A stretch of DNA of 64,000 bases. Source: Coleofasciculus chthonoplastes F2-STO-03 (lineage in GTDB: Bacteria; Cyanobacteriota; Cyanobacteriia; Cyanobacteriales; Coleofasciculaceae). Made by a program: the position numbers and the translations under genes. Below the pieces are notes generated by a model. That model saw only the letters and a program-made list of their open reading frames with translations. It ran no database searches and had not been told where the DNA came from. Each line of letters begins with the position of its first letter. Position 1 is the stretch's first letter. The DNA is taken from the NCBI GenBank assembly GCA_040222015.1, contig JAVJWO010000046.1, positions 34,424-98,423 on the forward strand, given 5' to 3'. Shown here piece after piece: positions 1 to 8,044 of the stretch.

Positions 1-1
1 T

Positions 2-343
2 ACAGGGCGAGCCGCTTTTAGAATTGGTCGAACTAAAAGCAAACTAGAACCCAATAAAATTATCATAGAAGATAGGACTATTAGCTCAATTCATTGTACG
101 ATTTTGGTGTGTAATGAACCAACTAAGTTACAACCAAACTTTTGGGTTTGGGACGGGGATGGCGTTACAGCATCTAAAAACAAGACTATAGTTAATGGGA
201 CTCGGATTTTAAATGGTGCAAGTCCGCTTGAATCTGAAAAAGGTTGCAAATTATATCATGGTGATTATATCTTGCTGGGAAAACACGAAATAAGATTCAT
301 TATATCAGAAGAAAAAAGCAACAAAAAAAATGGTACAATCTGA
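2..343 (+). CDS. FHA domain protein (5'-truncated by window edge)
   Basis: Frame open from base 2: TGRAAFRIGRTK...TISSIHC...SKNKTIVNG = FHA GR / SxxH / NG motifs; ORF track start at 104 is internal. Confidence 0.8.
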   Translation, partial: TGRAAFRIGRTKSKLEPNKIIIEDRTISSIHCTILVCNEPTKLQPNFWVWDGDGVTASKNKTIVNGTRILNGASPLESEKGCKLYHGDYILLGKHEIRFIISEEKSNKKNGTI

Positions 344-345
344 CA

Positions 346-657
346 ATGGAATTAGTAGAAATAATTGGAGTGGCGATAGGAATAATTGGATGCTATTTGT
401 CCTTGCGCGAGGCAATGCTTAAAAAGTTTTCGGAGGCTGAGTCAATAGCACAAAAACTATCCTTCAATAACGACAGGAGATGTGATGAGGTAGAATCTCT
501 TGGAAGAAGAAACGAGGCTAATATTAAAATGTTATTTTTTCTCTTTGAATTTTTAAATAAACATGAGCAAAGCCAGACACCTGAAACACATATTAGAGAT
601 ATTTCAATACCTACAGGACAAAAAAACGTCGGCGGGAATAATACACAACAAGACTAA
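346..657 (+). CDS. Hypothetical protein with N-terminal transmembrane helix
   Basis: IIGVAIGIIGCYLSL hydrophobic N-terminus; starts 2 nt after FHA stop. Confidence 0.55.
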   Translation: MELVEIIGVAIGIIGCYLSLREAMLKKFSEAESIAQKLSFNNDRRCDEVESLGRRNEANIKMLFFLFEFLNKHEQSQTPETHIRDISIPTGQKNVGGNNTQQD

Positions 658-985
658 TAATATTGTGTATCGCAATCCTGCCAGTGAAGTACTTATGGAA
701 AAATGGTACAATCAATTTCCCCAATTCTCCCCGCCCAGAAATACAAGTGAATTGCAGTCAAGCCTACGCATGAATGAACTTGCTGCAGAAATAAAGAAAC
801 TACGCCCTATTGAGCGATTACCGTCTACTAGCTTTTTTACTAAAGAGTATATCTTGACATTTGAGGGGATTGGGGACGTAATTGTAAGAGATAAATTTTA
901 CCGTTTTAATTTTGGCTGTCAAGTATACAGGATTTTTGAAAACATCACTAGCTCTATGCCTGCCGCTGTCATTCGCGGCGATTGA
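563..985 (+). CDS. Hypothetical protein, PAS-like N-terminal motif
   Basis: SAGIIH...NIVYRNPASEVLM resembles PAS IVYxNPA motif. Confidence 0.5.
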   Translation: MSKARHLKHILEIFQYLQDKKTSAGIIHNKTNNIVYRNPASEVLMEKWYNQFPQFSPPRNTSELQSSLRMNELAAEIKKLRPIERLPSTSFFTKEYILTFEGIGDVIVRDKFYRFNFGCQVYRIFENITSSMPAAVIRGD

Positions 986-1232
986 TACGTTCCACGGCTT
1001 TCCACCAGTAATAAGCTTCGGTTTTGCCCGGATCGCTAAATCTGGCTCTAGCGACTAACTTCTCTGCTCTTTCCGCGCCAACTGCGTTAATTAGCTTATT
1101 TTTTAGTTGTGGACTAGGTTCTTGTCGGGGTAAGGCTAACTTCTGAAATGGCGTGGGTTGTTTGTGTCGTTTTTTTGAATAAATTAAAATTGCTAAACTT
1201 GCAACGATAACGAGACAAATAGTTAACCACAT
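969..1232 (-). CDS. Small membrane-anchored cyanobacterial hypothetical protein
   Basis: N-terminal TM; PQLKNKL..AERAEKLV...PGKTEAYYWWKAVERI. Confidence 0.7.
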   Translation of the reverse strand: MWLTICLVIVASLAILIYSKKRHKQPTPFQKLALPRQEPSPQLKNKLINAVGAERAEKLVARARFSDPGKTEAYYWWKAVERINRRE

Positions 1233-1329
1233 ATTAAAAATCGCTAAACTTTGCTCACTATAATTTGAAAGTGACAGGAGTTCAGCGATCGCAGTACAAC
1301 TGAAGTATGACCCAAATCAGTGTACTGCC

Positions 1330-1614
1330 ATGATTGTAGCGTTTGTTGGCTTGTGCTTGTTGGTGGCTGGAGCGTTAATCGTTTGGTTAGTGATAGTCGC
1401 CGGCGAACAGCGTAAGCCTGGATGGAAACCGCCAAAGATAAAAAGGGAGCGGAAGCTAGATCCACAATTGCAGCGACGGTTGGAGCTGTTGGCGGGAAGC
1501 AAAAAAACGGCGCGGCGGTTGGTGATAGCTACAGCCCGGAGCAATCCTAAGAGAAGCACCCGATGGTGTCAGGAAAAAACTATCGCGGATTTAGAGCGTG
1601 ATCGCAGGGTATAG
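1330..1614 (+). CDS. Small membrane-anchored hypothetical protein, paralogue of 969..1232
   Basis: N-terminal TM; PQLQRRL..TARRLV...NPKRSTRWCQEKTIADLERDR. Confidence 0.7.
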   Translation: MIVAFVGLCLLVAGALIVWLVIVAGEQRKPGWKPPKIKRERKLDPQLQRRLELLAGSKKTARRLVIATARSNPKRSTRWCQEKTIADLERDRRV

Positions 1615-1622
1615 GGCATGAC

Positions 1623-2087
1623 TTACACGCTGGTAGCGATTATGTACGAAATCACTCCGAGCGTGAGAGCGATCGCCTCCACCAGTGCGATCGCTCTCCA
1701 GGAAGTGTGCGATCGCGCCGCCCCCAATCCTGCCAATATTTTTCGGATGTTTAGCTCATAATCTTCCCCAAATACCACCCACTGTATCGAGGTGAGCGAA
1801 TGGGGAAGTTTAAGTGCTGGGTTAAATACGATTGGCATGATGGGCTTGCGTGTCCACAAAGCTAATCTAAGCTCTTTCATGCACCATTCACTTTTAAGTG
1901 AATGGGCGCTAACAAAAAAGAGAAAATGTTGGCTGGTCAATATCCCACGCCTAATTTCCTGTTCCCACTGGCGACCTGGTGCAATATCGTCCCAATCTAC
2001 CCAGCAGTTATAGAATTGGTCTAGATCTTCCACGATTCGACGAACCTTATTCGCATCCTCCCGGGCGTAACTAATGAATAACTGCAT
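1623..2087 (-). CDS. TIR domain protein with C-terminal transmembrane helix
   Basis: MQLFISYAREDA...DIAPGRQWEQEI...SLKSEWCMKEL (catalytic Glu position kept); hydrophobic C-tail; ATG at 2087 overlaps upstream stop. Confidence 0.88.
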   Translation of the reverse strand: MQLFISYAREDANKVRRIVEDLDQFYNCWVDWDDIAPGRQWEQEIRRGILTSQHFLFFVSAHSLKSEWCMKELRLALWTRKPIMPIVFNPALKLPHSLTSIQWVVFGEDYELNIRKILAGLGAARSHTSWRAIALVEAIALTLGVISYIIATSV

Positions 2088-2808
2088 CTTGTCGTCTGCG
2101 GTAATTATCATAAGATTGAGGCATTTCACCCCAAATCTTTCCATCTAGTTCTCTCCCTCTAGCTTTTGGAGTTCTACCTCCCCACTGCTTAAAGAAAAAT
2201 GCCACACCAGAAGATTGGCATTGGTCTCGGATACTTTGCGCCCACTCTAGCTTCATCGGACGATATTTATTCCCAGATTCGCCACCAACAATGACCCAAT
2301 GAATGCCGGTTAAATCAAGTTCTAAGTTACCGAGAAGCGGTTCGCAAGAGAGAAAACGCACATTGGCTGGAACTTGTCGCAGGGAATCAACACGGTGAAC
2401 ATAATCCTGATTTTCAACCGATACCCCCATCCAAATATTGTTATGCCAGTCGAGCTGAGGAGCCAGCTCAGCTAAGCGCTTGTGCCGCTTGGTCAAAATT
2501 TGATAGGTATGCTGACGTGTTTGACCCATCACATCAAACACGTCTTTGAGAAATTCGATGGGCACGCCTTCATGGAACAAATCACTCATAGAGTTGACAA
2601 AAATGCGACTTGGCTTACGCCAACGCAAGGGTTGTTTTATGCGTTCCCGATGCAGGGTTAAATCAAATCCATTGGGGAAATTCTGACGAAACCGTTTAGT
2701 TAGTGCTTCTGCATAACAATGGGTACAACCTGGACTAACTTTGTTGCAGCCAATTGTGGGGTTCCATGTTCGGTCTGTCCACTCGATACCTGTATAAGTG
2801 CTAGCCAT
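2071..2808 (-). CDS. DUF5131 / phage Gp37-Gp68 family protein (radical-SAM-like three-Cys motif)
   Basis: TGIEWTDRTWNP..GCNKVSPGCTHCYA, FVNSMSDLFH, ILTKR, FLSCEPLL, WVIVGGESG, FFFKQWGG. Confidence 0.92.
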   Translation of the reverse strand: MASTYTGIEWTDRTWNPTIGCNKVSPGCTHCYAEALTKRFRQNFPNGFDLTLHRERIKQPLRWRKPSRIFVNSMSDLFHEGVPIEFLKDVFDVMGQTRQHTYQILTKRHKRLAELAPQLDWHNNIWMGVSVENQDYVHRVDSLRQVPANVRFLSCEPLLGNLELDLTGIHWVIVGGESGNKYRPMKLEWAQSIRDQCQSSGVAFFFKQWGGRTPKARGRELDGKIWGEMPQSYDNYRRRQDAVIH

Positions 2809-2824
2809 ATTTAATTCTTTGTAT

Positions 2825-3100
2825 TTAAAAAGGTATTTCATCGTACCAATGTGCAGATCTTGAATTCCAGCACGGAGATAACATATCCTTGGGAATTTTT
2901 GTCGCACACATAAACATTAGGACGACATTCAGGATAATTCGGCACTGGAACGGCAATCTTTTCCAGCGTGTCTCTTTCAGCACTGCGGGGCAAGGATATT
3001 TTAGGTCGTAGGCGAGAGTTCGCCAGAAGGAATAGTTGTGGTCAAAATTGTTCATTTTCATTTTGCCTCCAATTTCGCGATCAGTGCGTCTGCCATCCAA
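2825..3100 (-). CDS. Hypothetical phage-like protein (start probably near 3061/3055)
   Basis: ORF in tightly packed leftward operon, ends DEIPF. Confidence 0.45.
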   Translation of the reverse strand: MDGRRTDREIGGKMKMNNFDHNYSFWRTLAYDLKYPCPAVLKETRWKRLPFQCRIILNVVLMFMCATKIPKDMLSPCWNSRSAHWYDEIPF

Positions 3101-3396
3101 ACTGCTTCAGCAGGGCTAAGGCGATGCGCTCCAGTGGCCAATAAGCTCTGGAGCGCGATCGCGGCGAACTGTTCTCGTTTGGTTAGGTTTTCGCTAAATC
3201 CTTTGAGTACGGACTGAAAGGTGGACTCATGCAAAATTTCCGCATCTATGCCGTCTGCATCCAACAAAATCTCCTCACAGCCGACGACCATTCGGATGAA
3301 TCGGGTATCGCCGGCGCCTTCTCTATAGTCCCAATCAATTAGATCTATGCTCGCCAATCTAACTGTGTGAGTTGAAAAATTAATGAAGTCGTTCAT
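3058..3396 (-). CDS. Hypothetical phage protein
   Basis: C-terminal LTKREQFAAIALQSLLA...AVWMADALIAKL motif typical of small phage early proteins; 4-nt overlap with HTH gene. Confidence 0.7.
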   Translation of the reverse strand: MNDFINFSTHTVRLASIDLIDWDYREGAGDTRFIRMVVGCEEILLDADGIDAEILHESTFQSVLKGFSENLTKREQFAAIALQSLLATGAHRLSPAEAVWMADALIAKLEAK

Positions 3397-3644
3397 TTTG
3401 GTGGGTCTGGTAAATCGTCAATCGTCATCCCGACCCTTGCCATGAGCTGGTGCAACTTCTTGTACTGCCAAAGTTCTAGGCGCAAACGGTGGCGCCCTTT
3501 TTCGTGGTTTCGCACCGTTTGTTCAGTGACGCCTATAAATTCTCCTAGTTGAGGCTGAGTCCATCCCAGCCGTTTTCGCAGTACTAGCAAAGTTTTTCCA
3601 GTGGGGTTGCAAGGTGAAAGGTTTTCATTTACCATTTTAGACAT
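3393..3644 (-). CDS. XRE/Cro-family helix-turn-helix regulator
   Basis: LRKRLGWTQPQLGEFIGVTEQTVRNHEKG. Confidence 0.88.
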   Translation of the reverse strand: MSKMVNENLSPCNPTGKTLLVLRKRLGWTQPQLGEFIGVTEQTVRNHEKGRHRLRLELWQYKKLHQLMARVGMTIDDLPDPPK

Positions 3645-3645
3645 A

Positions 3646-3666
3646 AACCGAAAAAGTTTTTCGGTT
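3646..3666. promoter_or_regulatory. Perfect palindrome, candidate XRE operator
   Basis: AACCGAAAAA-G-TTTTTCGGTT immediately upstream of HTH start codon. Confidence 0.55.
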
Positions 3667-3973
3667 ATTACAAACCACAAGCGCAAGAAAGGAGCTCAAT
3701 GGCATGGGCACTCCTCTCTTGCGCCCTATAGGATACCGCGTTCTAGGTTCCGGTGAGACGCGATCGCAATAACTTGAAATGTGTTGAGGTATACAAAATG
3801 AAATGAGCGCATCACCCGAAAGCAGGTGAGACTAACTTGGATCTACTGACAACATTGGTTAATGCTCCTTTCTGTTTCTGACCACTACCTATCGGTGCTT
3901 ATGACTAAAACACTCGCCCGATAGCTGGCGATACCATGCTCCTCATTGAATGGATGAAATTGTAAAGCCGAAC

Positions 3974-4013
3974 AAAAAACGGGGGTGGCAGTTTCCTCCC
4001 ACCCCCGTTTTTT
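3974..4013 (+). terminator. Intrinsic (bidirectional-type) terminator hairpin
   Basis: AAAAAACGGGGGTGG...CCACCCCCGTTTTTT. Confidence 0.75.
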
Positions 4014-4027
4014 ATTTGAGGAAAATA

Positions 4028-4432
4028 ATGGAGAATTTAGAGGAATTTTTTAGGCACGATCAAAAGCTACATGGAGAAAAAGACGCCCACTTGCCACTCA
4101 GGAGGATATTTCATTGGAGGTTGGAAACTCCGAAGGCGTCTAAAGCCTTGATAGATTTACGATATTTTGGTTCGCGAGCTGTAATCGTTGCTTACAGCCA
4201 GCCCGGATATTTTAAGTTTAGTGAAGATTTCCTGTATGCATTTGATCGGTTATGCGGGGACTTTGGACTAGAATCACACAACACAGCCTGTTTCGAGTGG
4301 TTTCTGCACAAAGCGGACTTTAATATTTCTTCGGCTAAATACATGCAGTTTCGGCTGACTGCGAACATGGTAACCAGAGAAATTTTAGAGATAAATGATT
4401 TCCGCAGATTTCTAGAGCAACTATCGGAGTAG
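4028..4432 (+). CDS. Hypothetical protein
   Basis: GAGG RBS before ATG 4028; upstream ORF extension overlaps terminator. Confidence 0.6.
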   Translation: MENLEEFFRHDQKLHGEKDAHLPLRRIFHWRLETPKASKALIDLRYFGSRAVIVAYSQPGYFKFSEDFLYAFDRLCGDFGLESHNTACFEWFLHKADFNISSAKYMQFRLTANMVTREILEINDFRRFLEQLSE

Positions 4433-4435
4433 CCA

Positions 4436-4753
4436 ATGGAAGAGAATTTTAAGGAAATAGTTCAATTGGCTATTTTGGCTTACTGGGCGACACATTCGCG
4501 AACAATAAATGATTATTCCGTGCAGCACGCACGGGAAAATGCGAAGATAATCAGCCAAAAATGCTCTCCCTTGTTCAGCGAGGCGAATGATGGTTACCCA
4601 AATGATGGTTGGGAGGGCTGGACCGTTTTTGCTTTGTTATGTGGGGGATTTTGCGCCTTTCGGGGACTCCCGTCTCAAAGCGAGCTTGAGTCGCTCCTAG
4701 ATAAAGCAATTTCAATTTTCAATAGAGTTGAAAGCCAAAAACACGAACAATAA
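4436..4753 (+). CDS. Hypothetical protein
   Basis: ORF packed in rightward operon. Confidence 0.6.
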   Translation: MEENFKEIVQLAILAYWATHSRTINDYSVQHARENAKIISQKCSPLFSEANDGYPNDGWEGWTVFALLCGGFCAFRGLPSQSELESLLDKAISIFNRVESQKHEQ

Positions 4754-4771
4754 AAAAGGGGCATAGCCCCT

Positions 4772-7700
4772 ATGAGTATCATGTCAGAAAGAGTGATTAA
4801 AAATTCTCAACTTGACCATTATCTTAGCACACTTCCACCCCAAAATCTAGAGGCAGAAGAATCAGTATTGGGGGGAATATTGCTCGACGAAAACGCAATG
4901 GCGCGAGTAGTCGAAACATTAACCCCAGAGGCGTTTTACATCAGCGCCCACCAAGAAATCTACCGGGCAGCATTAACCCTATACAAACAGGGGGGGCTGA
5001 CGGATTTCATGACCGTAACCGATTGGTTGTATGCACATAAACTACTGGATAAAATTGGCGGCCAAAACAAGATAGCACAGCTTATCGATCGCACAGTTTC
5101 AGCCGTCAACATTGACCGTCACGCGGCGCTGGTGATGGATAAGTACCTACGCCGTCAACTCATCCAAGCGGGCAATGAGATTGCTTCGGTATTTGGGGAT
5201 ACTTTTAACCCAACAGATAAAGCCGTAGAGATAGCCCGAAATAAACTAGAAAACCTTATTCCCTTTTCAGAAAGTCGAAAGGAACGCGAATACAACAGCC
5301 TGATGGAGAAGGCTGAAAAAATAATTCTTTATGAAGACAACCCAGGAAAGCGTTTATGGGACTTACAGGGATTAGCTAAAAGACATGGCTTATCAGCACA
5401 AAAACTGGAAGAAATTTACTACAAGCACCTGCTTCACAAAGACTCTACACCGAGTATGACTTGGGATGAGTTAATCAAGCATGAATCAGATTCACCCGAT
5501 TGGGTATATCACGGTTTTATGTTACGCGGCAGTTTGACACTTCTCTATTCAGCTCCTGGCGTGGGGAAAACGCTATTTTTCTACTTTTTGGCATTCTGTG
5601 CGGCAGCAGGAGTCAGCTGGGAGACAAAGATAGGGCAGTTCAGCGCAACTGCAAAACGCCGACGAATTCTATTTGTACAATGTGACGAAACACGCCCGGA
5701 GATGATAAGAAGCCTAAGAAGATTAGGGTTCGATGCAACTCTGCAATGTCAATACCTGACGGACTGGAACGTAAATGAGATACCTAAACTAATAAGAGAG
5801 ATTCAGTCTTTCAAGCCCGACGCAATTATTATCGACAGTCTAAGCTCCGTTGGCGACTGGACAGTAGAGGAAAATAACACTAGATTTGCTGTTCCAGTTA
5901 ATATGCTGCGTCGGCTAGCAGGTTTATTCAACTGCTGGATAGGGCTTACTCATCATGCTAATGCTGAAGGTGGGCTGAGAGGAACAACTGCTATAGCTGC
6001 GTCAGCCTCCACTGTTATCAAAATGGAGCGCATACAAGGACAGCCCCTGAGTTCTTCGCAACGAAAACTCATTTTCCAGAAGAATCGAGCTGGAACACCT
6101 TGGAGCGCTCATTGTCAAGTTAATTTTGAGACGGGCGGGTGGCAAATTTTGGAAGGGGTTGAAGGAACTGGAATTGAAACAGTAGGAGTACAGGGTAAAA
6201 TATACTCCTTTCTTAAGGAGAACTCTCCCAAACGATACGAAACCAGGGAGATGGCGGAAATCTTGGCGCAAGCACAGCCCAGCATTCGTAGGGCGTGCAA
6301 TCAATTATCGGGTCTTGGTTTGATTTCTAAGGTTCAACTGAATCGCAAATGTCTGTACTTCGTTCAAAGAGATGAGGATGAGTGGGATGATGCCTCCCCA
6401 GACCCAGGAGGCGATCATGGCGATCATGTCGATCCTGAAGCGATCACGGGGGATGGATCGCATCCAAACTCTTTCCAGCAGGGAGATTCAGCTAGTAGCG
6501 ATCATGCGATCGCCCAAAATCAAAAATCAGATGAGCAATTTGAAGATGAAAAAATCGATGATCGGTTGATCGCTTCCGCTGAAACCACGCTAAATCAGGA
6601 AGTTGAATGCGATCCTGCTAGGGTGATCGCTTCAGGATCGCTTCAGGATCGGATCGCGATCGAGAACTATCGGGGGCTAACTATCAAGCAGCCCCATGCT
6701 CAAAGATTTTCCCAAGGTCTGAAGCGGTACGAAGTGAGATCGCGGAAAACGAATTACCGAGGATTAATCCTTATTCATTCGTCCAAGGAATATGAAAAAG
6801 GATTCGGGATGGATCGGACGCTGGCAGAGGTCGAGTATCCAACGGGAAAAATTTTGGCAGTTGCCGAACTGACCGATTGCATCGAAATTACAGAATCTTT
6901 CCTGAACGAACAACCAGAAGAGGAGTTATTCGGCGGGTACTGGCAGCTAGGGCAGTGGGCATGGAAATTGGAGAATATTCGCCCCGTCCATCCTTACCCT
7001 GGTGCAGCGGGTAACTTTATGCTCTGGACGCCACAGATAGATCACTTAGAGGGAGTGGAGATTGGCGATCGAGTGGATGTGAATAATGACTCATACGTAG
7101 TTCCAGAAATTGTCGGGCTTATTCAGGAGCTTTTAGAAGTCGAAGGGGGAAAGCCATGGGTTACCCTTAGGAACATCAAGGGATTAAGCAAAAGGCAGCG
7201 CAATGAGATCCTTCGCCGCTTGTTGGTGACTGGGCGTGGATATCGCATAATTTGGGATGGGAACAATCCCGACTGGGGGGTAATTGATCCGGCGCTAATT
7301 AAGCGAAAAGAATTGATAGATTTGCGCTCTCCATCGAAGTCATCAAAGAGTGTGTATGCTTTTTGTCAAGGTGAAGACGGCTCGACAGAATATTTTGATG
7401 TATTCGATGAGTTCTTTTTCCAGGACGATCGCCGCGAAATCCCCAAGCTTTCCGATCGCGAAAAGGCGGAAGCCAAGCAGAAGGCTTTTGAGAAAGTAAT
7501 GAAAGCTTTGGGCGAACATGAAGGACCTGGCGCTGAACCCGTAACCGATGATGAAGCTCCTGGCGTTGAACCCGTAACCGATGATGAAGCCCCTGGCGTT
7601 GAACCCGTAACCGATGATGAAGCCCCTGGCGTTGAACCCGTAACCGATGATGAAGCCTCTGGCGTTGAACCCGTAACCACACCAGATCCAGATATATTTG

Positions 7701-8044
7701 ACCAGATTCAGGTAGGCGATCGCTTGATTTCAAACAATGGTGCTACCTGTATTTGCATCAAGAAAAAGCTCAATCCAAAACAAATTACAGTCAGGTGGGG
7801 CGGGGGGTCCGTAACTGAATTGGATGATGTTTTCATTGAAATCATGCGATTGCAGATTAAAACCCGCCTAAGACCTGGGCTGCGTGTACGTTATCAACAT
7901 TGGCATGGACGTTTGAGTTCCAAGCTAAAAAATAATAAATGGTATGTAAACTGGGAGGGATTTTTCGACCAAGGATTACGCAAAAAATACGGGGAACCGC
8001 CCAAGAGCGCGATCGCACCCCAGGACTTTGAGGTAGTCGAATGA
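4772..8044 (+). CDS. Replication protein: DnaB N-terminal domain + RepA/AAA_25-type helicase + wHTH + ASCH domain + acidic repeats + SH3/KOW-like C-terminus
   Basis: LPPQNLEAEESVLGGILLD (DnaB-N); SAPGVGKT Walker A; IIIDSL Walker B; THHA..LRGTTAI; LTIKQPHA...GLKRYEVRS...RGLILIHS (ASCH). Confidence 0.85.
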   Translation: MSIMSERVIKNSQLDHYLSTLPPQNLEAEESVLGGILLDENAMARVVETLTPEAFYISAHQEIYRAALTLYKQGGLTDFMTVTDWLYAHKLLDKIGGQNKIAQLIDRTVSAVNIDRHAALVMDKYLRRQLIQAGNEIASVFGDTFNPTDKAVEIARNKLENLIPFSESRKEREYNSLMEKAEKIILYEDNPGKRLWDLQGLAKRHGLSAQKLEEIYYKHLLHKDSTPSMTWDELIKHESDSPDWVYHGFMLRGSLTLLYSAPGVGKTLFFYFLAFCAAAGVSWETKIGQFSATAKRRRILFVQCDETRPEMIRSLRRLGFDATLQCQYLTDWNVNEIPKLIREIQSFKPDAIIIDSLSSVGDWTVEENNTRFAVPVNMLRRLAGLFNCWIGLTHHANAEGGLRGTTAIAASASTVIKMERIQGQPLSSSQRKLIFQKNRAGTPWSAHCQVNFETGGWQILEGVEGTGIETVGVQGKIYSFLKENSPKRYETREMAEILAQAQPSIRRACNQLSGLGLISKVQLNRKCLYFVQRDEDEWDDASPDPGGDHGDHVDPEAITGDGSHPNSFQQGDSASSDHAIAQNQKSDEQFEDEKIDDRLIASAETTLNQEVECDPARVIASGSLQDRIAIENYRGLTIKQPHAQRFSQGLKRYEVRSRKTNYRGLILIHSSKEYEKGFGMDRTLAEVEYPTGKILAVAELTDCIEITESFLNEQPEEELFGGYWQLGQWAWKLENIRPVHPYPGAAGNFMLWTPQIDHLEGVEIGDRVDVNNDSYVVPEIVGLIQELLEVEGGKPWVTLRNIKGLSKRQRNEILRRLLVTGRGYRIIWDGNNPDWGVIDPALIKRKELIDLRSPSKSSKSVYAFCQGEDGSTEYFDVFDEFFFQDDRREIPKLSDREKAEAKQKAFEKVMKALGEHEGPGAEPVTDDEAPGVEPVTDDEAPGVEPVTDDEAPGVEPVTDDEASGVEPVTTPDPDIFDQIQVGDRLISNNGATCICIKKKLNPKQITVRWGGGSVTELDDVFIEIMRLQIKTRLRPGLRVRYQHWHGRLSSKLKNNKWYVNWEGFFDQGLRKKYGEPPKSAIAPQDFEVVE
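7526..7678 (+). repeat. 33-bp in-frame tandem repeat (~4.6 copies, PGVEPVTDDEA)
   Basis: cctggcgttgaacccgtaaccgatgatgaagcc repeated with no spacers. Confidence 0.95.

Noticed and set aside
7526..7678. 33-bp repeats as a CRISPR array
   Set aside because: Contiguous, no spacers, in frame in a CDS, no cas genes
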